Made by a program: the position numbers and the translations under genes. Source: a virus. Taken from it: 64,000 nt of DNA. Positions 30,140 to 39,534 of this stretch are shown here, piece by piece. The notes under the pieces are model-generated. The model saw only the letters and a list, made by a program, of their open reading frames with translations, was not told the DNA's origin and did no database searches. The stretch's first letter is position 1. Each line of letters starts with the position of its first letter. The DNA lies in the IMG/VR virus record IMGVR_UViG_3300044970_002959, positions 1 to 64,000 of that record, one strand, 5' to 3'.

Positions 30140-31591
30140 ATGAGTTCATTTAATTTTGTAAATGTTGGCGGAACCAATCTTAGGCCAGCTCCGTATGTTA
30201 GCACTAGTTACGAGTACAATAAGTTTGGAGAGGTTATTATAGGTGGTGTTTTGCTAGTTACGCTAAACGGAACTTTGGTTGGTGAAGATATTATTAGTCA
30301 AATGAATAATTTAAGTTATAAGCAAATGAACACAAATTGTATTAATGTTATAATTGGGTGTTCTGGTAATAGTGATTTTTTAGATGGTTCTGGCAGAATT
30401 AGATCAATAGACATAAATCCATCGGACCAGCCTTTCGTGGCTACTTATAGTATGCAGATAGCGATAGAAACAATAGGAGGCAAACCAGCTGTTGAGCCAG
30501 ACTCTCAATTTTTAAAAAATAATTGTTTGAAAAACGTAGAATACTTACAAAGCTATAGTGAGACAATTAGTATTCAGGCAGAAGGATCAACTATAGGTTC
30601 TACAGATTCTATTATGAATGTTAGTAAATCATATGTAAAAGCTTCTGGACAAATATCTGTAGCTTCTTATGGTAGAGAAATTTGCGGAGTACCTGAATTT
30701 AAAGGAATAGATCAGTCCCTTGATATCATTAAACAAAGAGCAAATGCTCTATTATCCTTACAGTCATGCGACACCAGCCCCATCTCTACGTTTAGCGGAT
30801 GGTCCAAATGGCTAGACACAAAAAGGTTAGACATAGATACTGGCACAGGTACCGTAACCTGGTCTTTTGATCTATATATGAGCAAAGGAGGATGCGCTCC
30901 ATCAGCATGGGTGGACATAACAACAGAAGATAAATTTGATGAAAAAAAGAAAATGAAAACCAAAATTATCAACGGAACCATCAAGGGTCTGTCCTCAGCA
31001 ACAACAGACTATCTTGGTAATAAAGCCTCTGGTTCTGATAAAATGAGTAATGCTATGTCTGCTTATGGAAAGATATCCTCTTCTATTACTTCTGGTTCGT
31101 GGGCTGGAGATGGTATAGTATTGTCTGGTACCGAGGGTTCTTGCATAGCCCCAGACCCATGCGTAAATAATAAGGTTTGTTATCAACGAATATCTAGCAA
31201 TATTACTAAATCTATTATAAGTGGTGAAATAACTTTTAGTGCAGAATTTGGAGATGTGAGCGCTTGTAAGGCAAACGGAGGAGGTATAGGCACTATTGAT
31301 GTTAGTGTAGAAATTAGCAATCCGTCAGTGAAAATTGTGGAAATTATAGTGCCTAATGGTGTAAATGCTATTGTGCAACCAATAGGGGATACTCCAGCAA
31401 GAGCTACAGTAACAGCCAGAGGAACGCTATCAGGATGCGATCAAAGTAAGATCGCTCAATTAAAAAACTGCGTTCTAACAGAACTCAATAAAAAAGCTAG
31501 TAATTTTAATGGATGGATTATACTTAAGAACAAGGAATCTATTGGAAATTTTTCTTATAGTTTAACTAGAGAGTATATAAGATGCGGCTAG
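30140..31591 (+). CDS. putative tail-tip/distal tail protein (paralog of 28696..30138)
   Basis: 480 vs 483 aa; shared P.V..Y.Y..GE.IGG...T.NGT, G.GRI.S, and K.I.GTI.GL motifs. Confidence 0.45.
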   Translation: MSSFNFVNVGGTNLRPAPYVSTSYEYNKFGEVIIGGVLLVTLNGTLVGEDIISQMNNLSYKQMNTNCINVIIGCSGNSDFLDGSGRIRSIDINPSDQPFVATYSMQIAIETIGGKPAVEPDSQFLKNNCLKNVEYLQSYSETISIQAEGSTIGSTDSIMNVSKSYVKASGQISVASYGREICGVPEFKGIDQSLDIIKQRANALLSLQSCDTSPISTFSGWSKWLDTKRLDIDTGTGTVTWSFDLYMSKGGCAPSAWVDITTEDKFDEKKKMKTKIINGTIKGLSSATTDYLGNKASGSDKMSNAMSAYGKISSSITSGSWAGDGIVLSGTEGSCIAPDPCVNNKVCYQRISSNITKSIISGEITFSAEFGDVSACKANGGGIGTIDVSVEISNPSVKIVEIIVPNGVNAIVQPIGDTPARATVTARGTLSGCDQSKIAQLKNCVLTELNKKASNFNGWIILKNKESIGNFSYSLTREYIRCG

Positions 31592-32967
31592 GACCATCAA
31601 CATATAAAAAGTTTTTTTCTGGGATTTCTAGCAACGAATTTGTTAGAGTATCAGACATAAATAATAATCACAATTATACAGGCTCTGCTTACGACATACC
31701 ACGGTATGATTTTACTAATAACAACGGAGGCTGGACAACCTCTCCCACCTCGGGAACTCCTTTTGTTTGGGAACCAGGAAGATGGTATATAGTTGGAAAT
31801 AACAATAAGCAGGCCATCTTGACCAGCCCCAGCATACCACACAATACTTATAAAGTAGTAGTTGAACATAAATGGAACTTTGAAAACATACTAGACCATG
31901 GAAAACTACAGTGCTCTATAGATAATGGTGTTAATTGGGTTGAGATTCCGTCTGTCTTATTTAGCGAAGGATGGTACAATACAACGAATGGATGGAGTGG
32001 CCTACAAAATAAATATATCCGTAGTGAATGTCTTATAAATCTAACAGGATTGCCGATTGGCCCAGGTTTTAAAATTAGATTTGTTGGTATTTGGAATAAT
32101 AGTACCTTAACACCAAATCCCAACTGGGATATATCCTCTGTTTCTATCGAAGGATTGGGTTCTGTATCGTACACATATCAAATTACTAAATATGAGATTA
32201 CAAATAACGAGTATTGCCTATTTTTAAATAGTGTTGATCCCGCAGGAACTAATCCAAATAGCATCTACACAGCAGAAATGACATCATCCGCAACAGGAGG
32301 AATACAGCTGCTACCATCTGCCCCAAACGGCCATAAGTATATGACAAAGACAAATATGGGAAATAAACCAGTTAATTTTATTAATTGGTGGAGAGCAGCG
32401 AGATATTGCAATTGGCTATATAATGGAGGTAATAAGTATAGAAAAAGCGATAATACTAGTATAGCACCACAAAATTTTGGCGCCTACAATATCGGCACCA
32501 CAACTTCGGGATCTACTCTGTTTAGGCCCTTGAGTAGTAGGTTTAGGATACCAACACTAAATGAGTGGATAAAGGCTGGATACTACATGGGAGATGGTGA
32601 AAACTCTGGATATTGGTCGTATCCGACACAAAAAAATATCACACCAGAATGTATAAGTATTGTTACTTCTGGCGGAGATCCGATAGTGTCACCGACCCAC
32701 TCTACTTTTCTATCTTTAGATGCTAGTATTATTCAGGACTTTAATTTAGAGATTCTTAGTAGTATTTATTCTGATACTATGGTTAGACCCATTCATAATC
32801 AAATCATTCTTAATTCACAAATGTATGAAGATGTGCTTGTAGAAACAAAGGATACCGGAACGATGATTAATTCACAAATGTATGGAGATGTGCTCGTAGA
32901 ACCGAAGGATACCGGAACGATGGTTAATTCGCAAATGTATGGAGATGTGCTTGTGGTTAGTTCATAG
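31582..32967 (+). CDS. protein with N-terminal half of FGE-sulfatase (C-type lectin fold) domain, inserted jelly-roll domain and C-terminal repeats
   Basis: KYEITNNEYCLFLN, KPVNFINWWRAARYCNWL and RIPTLNEWIKAGY are present, but there is no DMxGNVxEW/GFR end. Confidence 0.7.
   Translation: MRLGPSTYKKFFSGISSNEFVRVSDINNNHNYTGSAYDIPRYDFTNNNGGWTTSPTSGTPFVWEPGRWYIVGNNNKQAILTSPSIPHNTYKVVVEHKWNFENILDHGKLQCSIDNGVNWVEIPSVLFSEGWYNTTNGWSGLQNKYIRSECLINLTGLPIGPGFKIRFVGIWNNSTLTPNPNWDISSVSIEGLGSVSYTYQITKYEITNNEYCLFLNSVDPAGTNPNSIYTAEMTSSATGGIQLLPSAPNGHKYMTKTNMGNKPVNFINWWRAARYCNWLYNGGNKYRKSDNTSIAPQNFGAYNIGTTTSGSTLFRPLSSRFRIPTLNEWIKAGYYMGDGENSGYWSYPTQKNITPECISIVTSGGDPIVSPTHSTFLSLDASIIQDFNLEILSSIYSDTMVRPIHNQIILNSQMYEDVLVETKDTGTMINSQMYGDVLVEPKDTGTMVNSQMYGDVLVVSS
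32810..32954 (+). repeat. 57-bp tandem repeat (about 2.5 copies; NSQMY(E/G)DVLVExKDTGTM)
   Basis: Units start at 32810, 32867 and 32924; a degenerate unit (SSIYSDTMV) precedes them. Confidence 0.95.
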
Positions 32968-32992
32968 GATGCAATTGAACAAAATGAATAAT

Positions 32993-33008
32993 GGTGTAAT
33001 TATAACTA
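32993..33008 (+). promoter_or_regulatory. putative late promoter GGTGTAATTATAAC
   Basis: Same motif, intergenic, upstream of the AGGAG RBS of 33045. Confidence 0.55.
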
Positions 33009-33044
33009 TATCAGTCTAAATTTTTAAGTTTTAGGAGATTTAAA

Positions 33045-34235
33045 ATGGCCATTGTTTTTTATGAGGGATTCAATTATTCTACTAATGATTTGCCAAATAT
33101 AGATACAACATATTGGTCATCCAGCCATCCCCTAGAAATCTCTTATGGCGAGGGAAGAACAAACAATCAAATACGCATACCGGGTCACCCATTTGCGGCG
33201 CCAGTAGAGAAAAGTATAAGTTTATCCAATTTTATAGATCCTCTATCTACTAATAGCTGTTTTGGTCTAGGATTTAGTGCAGCAGGAATCGGTCATTCAC
33301 ATACCGCCTATACTGCAGCTCCACACAGAGTAAAGTACTTGACTTTTACAAATTCTGCTAATAATATTGTATTAGAAATAAATACTATAAGAACTACATA
33401 TAACAATGCTGTTAGTATCGGTCTAGAACTGGTCCAGAGTGGGACTGTGGTTGCCGTTTACGATTTTAGCAGCGTGCTTGGTCGCAGCTGGGGCTATTCA
33501 CATCTCGGTAATGATCAGTATATTATTAATACCTCCATTTATTTAGAGTTTTTTATAGATCCCACAAATAGTAACACTATCCAGATTAGAGCTAGTCAAG
33601 ACGGAGGAACCATACATGGATACTTAAAAAACTTATCTGGCGATACAGTCACATCTATTACTGGATTTAGTTCATTAAAATCGATATCTTTTTATGGTAG
33701 AAGTGATTTTGCCAGTCAAATTCACTCAATTGATGACCTATATTTATCAGCCGGAAATAATATTACTGAGTGTCTTTTTGGGCCTAGTGTTAGAATATAT
33801 AGATTATCACTTACTGGCAATAGTTCTACTACCGAATGGACAGCAAATAACTCAAACAGTCAGCACCTCAATCTAAACAACGCTGATGGAGATTCCAACT
33901 ACATATATTCTCCAATGAATACCCCTGGACAAACATCAATATTTGATATATCTAATATAGCATCTCCGCCAGCTGGAAATTTAGAAATAATACTAAAGCC
34001 TGTAAATATAGTTCGTAAAACCAGCATAAATAGTAATGCTAAGTTTGTCAATGTTATGACAGACGGCACAACCTCAACCGTATATGATTTAGGGCCAGAA
34101 AAAACAGTAGTATCCAATGAATACCGTGTTATTTCTAGTTTTGTAAATTTAAATCCAGCTACATCAAATCCATGGACAATTCAGGATATTAATAATATGC
34201 AAATAGGAATTAAGAATCTAGGCGTAGCTTCTTAG
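33045..34235 (+). CDS. beta-rich virion-associated/lectin-like protein
   Basis: MAIVFYEGF start, 'IDDLY' and 'NPATSNPWT..DIN.MQIGI' motifs seen in phage tail-associated proteins; strong RBS. Confidence 0.5.
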   Translation: MAIVFYEGFNYSTNDLPNIDTTYWSSSHPLEISYGEGRTNNQIRIPGHPFAAPVEKSISLSNFIDPLSTNSCFGLGFSAAGIGHSHTAYTAAPHRVKYLTFTNSANNIVLEINTIRTTYNNAVSIGLELVQSGTVVAVYDFSSVLGRSWGYSHLGNDQYIINTSIYLEFFIDPTNSNTIQIRASQDGGTIHGYLKNLSGDTVTSITGFSSLKSISFYGRSDFASQIHSIDDLYLSAGNNITECLFGPSVRIYRLSLTGNSSTTEWTANNSNSQHLNLNNADGDSNYIYSPMNTPGQTSIFDISNIASPPAGNLEIILKPVNIVRKTSINSNAKFVNVMTDGTTSTVYDLGPEKTVVSNEYRVISSFVNLNPATSNPWTIQDINNMQIGIKNLGVAS

Positions 34236-34267
34236 AAAGATACTAAAAGATATTTAAAAGGATTATC

Positions 34268-37200
34268 ATGGTCTCCCCAGCAGGAACTAACACAGCAAAC
34301 TTCAATAATTGCGCAAACTGGAATAACCAGAGTGGTAATCTTACAACAGTAGGATTAAATGGGGGTCCTAGTGCTTACGGAACATACGATCAGGCCGGTA
34401 GTGTAGCGGAGTGGACTTCCGATGGATGGTTATTGGGAGGGTCTTACTCTTCTTCTGTTAATGAATTGGGGCTGCCTTCTGGACTACTCAGAGGTTCCCT
34501 TGGCGATAGTAGTAGTACTTCTGGATTTAGGATTACTGGTGAAGACCATACGCACATCAATGTTTCTTTTGATGGTCCTGATTTTTATATACCCTCACAG
34601 CAACTAAACCACTCCTTTACCATTATTAATGACGAGCAATTTACGATCAGTATGGATATAGACTGTCCTCTCGATAGTAAGATTACAACAAATTCTTGGA
34701 GTGTTTCTTATGGTCCTGGCTCATCAGGAATAGTTTCAGGAACAGGAAATCCATCCGGACTTATATCGCTAGGACCACTATCAACTGCTACGTTTAATAT
34801 GATATCAAATACAGATAGTTTAGCAAAAACATCTATAGTTATAGCGGCGAGCCTGTCACTAACGACACAAACAGCCCCACTGATAAATTCTATTTTTTAT
34901 AACACAATACCCGTATCTTTTCAGAAAAGCCCCGTCCCGTCTCTTTATAGTATTTTAGTGGATGGTTCTGGATGGAATCCTGTTGCGCCCAATGAATTTC
35001 TTTTGATAGATGATGCAAATAACGCCCCAACAGCTTCTGGAAAGGGTTCTGTCGGGTATAATTATTTGATGACAAAATATGAAATCACGAATTTAGAATA
35101 TTGTAAGTTTTTGAATTCAATAGATCCTCAGGGAATACAACCCAATGGATTATGGGATTCTTATAATAGAGAGTATTATGATTACCTTATGCTGGGCGGT
35201 ATACTATATAATTCTTTTGCAAGTAATGGGTCGAAATATACCACTAGAGCAGAGATGTCGAACAAGCCGGTTAATCTCGTGAGTTGGTGGGCAGCAGCCA
35301 GATATTGTAATTGGCTTCATAATGGAGGCATTGCTTATTCAACTACACAGACCGGTAATACAGCGCCTCAAAATTCGGGAGCGTATACTCTTGGAGAAAA
35401 CACAACCGGAGCTATGCCTCTACCAAATGCAGGAGCTAAATATCGTATACCAACAAGTAATGAATGGATAAAAGCAGCATACTACTTAAGAGGTAGCACC
35501 AGCGCCGGATACTCAACTTTTGCTACGAGAAGTTCTACTGCTCCTTCTGGCGTATCCGCTAATGAGGCCGGAGACGGGGTTTCAACCATATATAATAATT
35601 CTGTCAATTGTTTCAACCAGGCCATCTGGAACCCAGAAGGCTATAACGAATGGTGGCACGGTCAACAACCAAGACCAACTACTGTTGGTACCAATGGAAC
35701 ACCATCGTCATATGGGTTGTTCGACATGAACGGCAACGTAGAGGAAATAACAGAAGGATCAGATAGAAACTATTTTTATCCCAGAGGACGAGCATACGAT
35801 TCCACTTCCCTAACTGGTATTAACACAGACAACCTGCCTGAGTCTGGCATCGCTTTGGAAACTCATGCGGTTTCATGGAATACGGGATTTCGTATTATTT
35901 CTTTGTTCGAAGGAGATATTACGGTTTCGTCGTCAGTTAGTGATGCTTATTATACACAAAATAAAGAAATAACAGTATCTCTAATTCTTAATAATCAGTC
36001 AATTTATAATATAGATTACGCTACCCTAGACATGAATATATCTGGGCCAGAATTTGAATCAATAGATTGGTTAGCTACATACCCTTCAACATCGTCTGGT
36101 CCTATAAGGGGCCACTCTTCTTTTACTAGCAATATGAGTATAGGAGCAGGAGACTCTATAACTTTTATAGTTAAGCTAGTAACAAAAAACAATACCGTAG
36201 CTCCAATACTGCTTAGCGCCTTAGTAACTCCTCCGGAGCTATTTTCCGACATAAATCTCACTAATAATATCACTACGATAACAATACCTCCGAAACCAAC
36301 CGATGTAAGTATTTCTATTAGTGGTCCGCCATTCTACGAGCAGTCCGAACCTGCAAATTATAATTTAGTAATAAATAATATCGGAGATTCCTATATCGAG
36401 GATGCTACAGTTCTATTTTCTTATTCTGGTGGTATTATTGCCGCATTAGACTGGAGTGCTTCCCATAATCTATCTATCGGTGAAATGTCTGGAGCAAATA
36501 TTCTTTATACAAACATAGCTCTTTTACCCAGCGGACAAACAACATACAATATACAACTAACTCCGTCCGCTACAACCATAAATAATATTCTTTTGTCTGC
36601 TAGTATTGTAGCTCCGTCGTCACTACCAGATCCCAACCTATCAAATAATATCGTTTCATTATCAACTCCAGTTAAGCCAACAGATCTAGGGATTAATATA
36701 ACAAGCCTAGGAGAGTATTATACACAAAATATTATTTTTCCTATTATAGTGCAAATTACTAATACTGGCCAATACAGCCCAGATACGATTTTCAATATTG
36801 CATTTAGTGGTAGTTCTAATGACACTGCCATAAGCTGGACCGCAATATATAGCTCTGGAAGCTCTGGACCTATGTCTGGTGTTGGTAATCCATCTAATAG
36901 CGGCATAAATTTAGCTAATGGTGGATCTTGTGAGCTGAACATATCATATATTCCTGGTGTCAATTCATTAGTTCCGATACAAGTTATAGCGAGTGTTGGC
37001 AGTAAAAGCCCACTAATAGACAATAATATAAATAATAATACTAGTTTATCTTCTTTAGTCTTTTTATCTCCTACTGATATCAGTATATCTGGTTCTTTAG
37101 GATCAAGACCATATTATATAAATAATGAATATATAGACTATTCATTTACTGTTACTAATAATGGACCTAATGCCATTTCCGACATAAGCGTATCTATTCC

Positions 37201-39532
37201 TTCCTCATCAGGATTAATTTCTACAAAATGGACAGCAGCATACACTAATGGTAGCGGACCAGGATTTGGTTCTGGCGATATAAATAGCTATATTTATCTT
37301 GCTTCTGGAGGATCTGCAAAATATACGATTGATGGTACAGCAGCTCCTGGCATGACTTCCCCAATTCTTTCCACAGGAACAGTGTCTTTGCCAAACATTA
37401 GCGGCTTAATGGATCCCGACGAATCCAATAATATCTCTACTGTATCCGTCCCGCGAGCATTATCTATAGGCAATGTTTTGTATTCTCAAAGTACCTGCGA
37501 CGACGATGGTTATATTACGATTAATCTTAATGATGGCGTTCCTCCTTTTAGATATACTATAGGGTCTGTGTTCGCCAACTCTTCAGAAAGAACATATAAA
37601 TTTACAGGATTAAAATCAGGTACATATAATATTGTTGTCATAGACTCAACCAGCTATACTTCTTCTTATTCAGAGGAGATAGTTATAGAGGACTCGACCA
37701 TATCTTTATCCATAAATAACGCCCTACCTCCTGTGCTACTTGATTCTTTCGGCAAGTTAGACTTTACTATAAGTGGAGATGGTCCATTCAGTCTAGTATT
37801 CAGTAATACAACAAATGAAGAAACTATAGAGATACCAGCATTTGAAACCAAATACTTGGTGGATATCACAGGGAATAAATATAACTATATTATAGATGAT
37901 AAAATAACACCTGGCACCTATTCTCTTATGATTATTGGCAGTAATAATTGCAGGCTCTTAGAAACCTTTATTATGCCAAACATAACGCCAATGTCTGTTT
38001 CTGTATCGTCATCTCCAGACGAGCCAATCATAATAAATTCTCCACTAATATCATTAGATATTTTTGATACATTGCTGGTGCCATACAAGCATATCTTGCA
38101 TAATTCTGATCTTTGGTCTCTAATCAAAGAATTTAATATTAAAGACAATATTTATTTATGGATAAATAATGATAGATATGAATTTAGGGTCGTCAGAACA
38201 ATGCTCGATAAATATTGCTTAAATGAAAATAAAATAGAGATACTTAAACTAGGTAACTCATATGAAGACTGGTATTTTTATCTTTATATAGCTCCATCTA
38301 TTAATTTAAGTTCTAATCCTGAGCTTATCAACGCAAAGATAAGACTTGGTACGGCAGACGAAACACAAATGTATGACATTGTGTTAGGACTATCAGAAGA
38401 CGGCAGACTTGAGCAGGAGGCTCCTAGCTTAATTAAGGGCAGTATTATTGTAGACGGAGTATCTTTTCCTGATATTGTGAATGGATCGTCCGCAAATATT
38501 TCTATTGGAGTTAATGAATTAGGCTTAGGATCAAACGACTATGAATTGCTCAATATTAAAAAAACACAATTTTCTAGAATGTATTCAGCCGGAGCTGTTA
38601 CAGCAATTAATTTCTTAGAAAATTTTAATGTTCTTAATGAATATGTGGGGCTTTCTCAGACATCTTGTAATACTAATGAAACAGATTATCAATATTTAAT
38701 AAGAATCAAAAATCTATTAATTACTATTAATAACTTTAATAACCTAAATACTATTTATTTATTTAATAATAATAACATTATTCATACTGGTCAGATCAAT
38801 TGCTTTCCCAGCATACACAGTCCAATGATAACAGATAAAGGATCGATAGATAATAACTTTAATATTCAGTACTTTACATTTAATATTAACGATAAACATA
38901 TACATAAATTTATTAGCAATAATAAAAAAGTAGAAAACGTCACCGTAATGAATGGCCTAGACTCAAGATATGTTATTGCTAGAACTACCGATAATTATGG
39001 AAATATTCCTAAATCAATAGTTTATGATAATATCATAGTGTCATACGATTCCCATTTTATAAAGAGTAAACAAATAATTCAAAATATTAATGCAGATATA
39101 CTGCATGATTTTACTTATGGAGACATCCTGATATTTGTACCAACACCAGAAGAGAATGATTTGCCGAACCCGAACCCAACACCACCAGTAATACCAGTGA
39201 CGCCGACAACCCCTGTTATTACAATACCAACAGTAGAAGTTACTAAAGATGTTACTAACACAAGTTCTTTAACTGTAAATATTTTCCCACTAAATACAAA
39301 GTGCATCATATATGGGCCACACCAATATATGCATACTTTTAGCGGAAATACAAAATTTACTAATATTATTCCTGGTATTTATAGGATTATTGGGGAGCCC
39401 ACAGATATAAAAAATAAAAACTTATACCAGAATGAATATAGAATTATAATAAATAAGAATACAGCGGTATCTCAAAATGTCGAATTTTTCTCATATGCTA
39501 ACATGATTTTTATAAGTAAAGAGGACCACTAA
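34268..39532 (+). CDS. large adhesin-like tail protein: FGE C-half, full FGE-sulfatase domain, four DUF11-like Ig repeats, SprB-like repeat, Pro/Thr linker
   Basis: YGTYDQAGSVAEW..GFRI at the N-terminus; full FGE domain at about 34991-35898; repeats ending DINLTNN/DPNLSNN/DNNINNN/DPDESNN; DGYITINLNDGVPPFRY..FTGLKSGTYNIVVID. Confidence 0.7.
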   Translation: MVSPAGTNTANFNNCANWNNQSGNLTTVGLNGGPSAYGTYDQAGSVAEWTSDGWLLGGSYSSSVNELGLPSGLLRGSLGDSSSTSGFRITGEDHTHINVSFDGPDFYIPSQQLNHSFTIINDEQFTISMDIDCPLDSKITTNSWSVSYGPGSSGIVSGTGNPSGLISLGPLSTATFNMISNTDSLAKTSIVIAASLSLTTQTAPLINSIFYNTIPVSFQKSPVPSLYSILVDGSGWNPVAPNEFLLIDDANNAPTASGKGSVGYNYLMTKYEITNLEYCKFLNSIDPQGIQPNGLWDSYNREYYDYLMLGGILYNSFASNGSKYTTRAEMSNKPVNLVSWWAAARYCNWLHNGGIAYSTTQTGNTAPQNSGAYTLGENTTGAMPLPNAGAKYRIPTSNEWIKAAYYLRGSTSAGYSTFATRSSTAPSGVSANEAGDGVSTIYNNSVNCFNQAIWNPEGYNEWWHGQQPRPTTVGTNGTPSSYGLFDMNGNVEEITEGSDRNYFYPRGRAYDSTSLTGINTDNLPESGIALETHAVSWNTGFRIISLFEGDITVSSSVSDAYYTQNKEITVSLILNNQSIYNIDYATLDMNISGPEFESIDWLATYPSTSSGPIRGHSSFTSNMSIGAGDSITFIVKLVTKNNTVAPILLSALVTPPELFSDINLTNNITTITIPPKPTDVSISISGPPFYEQSEPANYNLVINNIGDSYIEDATVLFSYSGGIIAALDWSASHNLSIGEMSGANILYTNIALLPSGQTTYNIQLTPSATTINNILLSASIVAPSSLPDPNLSNNIVSLSTPVKPTDLGINITSLGEYYTQNIIFPIIVQITNTGQYSPDTIFNIAFSGSSNDTAISWTAIYSSGSSGPMSGVGNPSNSGINLANGGSCELNISYIPGVNSLVPIQVIASVGSKSPLIDNNINNNTSLSSLVFLSPTDISISGSLGSRPYYINNEYIDYSFTVTNNGPNAISDISVSIPSSSGLISTKWTAAYTNGSGPGFGSGDINSYIYLASGGSAKYTIDGTAAPGMTSPILSTGTVSLPNISGLMDPDESNNISTVSVPRALSIGNVLYSQSTCDDDGYITINLNDGVPPFRYTIGSVFANSSERTYKFTGLKSGTYNIVVIDSTSYTSSYSEEIVIEDSTISLSINNALPPVLLDSFGKLDFTISGDGPFSLVFSNTTNEETIEIPAFETKYLVDITGNKYNYIIDDKITPGTYSLMIIGSNNCRLLETFIMPNITPMSVSVSSSPDEPIIINSPLISLDIFDTLLVPYKHILHNSDLWSLIKEFNIKDNIYLWINNDRYEFRVVRTMLDKYCLNENKIEILKLGNSYEDWYFYLYIAPSINLSSNPELINAKIRLGTADETQMYDIVLGLSEDGRLEQEAPSLIKGSIIVDGVSFPDIVNGSSANISIGVNELGLGSNDYELLNIKKTQFSRMYSAGAVTAINFLENFNVLNEYVGLSQTSCNTNETDYQYLIRIKNLLITINNFNNLNTIYLFNNNNIIHTGQINCFPSIHSPMITDKGSIDNNFNIQYFTFNINDKHIHKFISNNKKVENVTVMNGLDSRYVIARTTDNYGNIPKSIVYDNIIVSYDSHFIKSKQIIQNINADILHDFTYGDILIFVPTPEENDLPNPNPTPPVIPVTPTTPVITIPTVEVTKDVTNTSSLTVNIFPLNTKCIIYGPHQYMHTFSGNTKFTNIIPGIYRIIGEPTDIKNKNLYQNEYRIIINKNTAVSQNVEFFSYANMIFISKEDH

Positions 39533-39534
39533 TT

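Noticed and set aside
32810-32954. CRISPR array
   Set aside because: The repeats are contiguous in-frame 57-bp coding units without unique spacers, and there is no cas operon.
31582-35900. Diversity-generating retroelement targeting the FGE/C-type lectin domains
   Set aside because: No reverse transcriptase and no near-identical TR/VR pair differing at adenines is visible in the window; the FGE copies are diverged throughout. A DGR elsewhere in the genome cannot be excluded.
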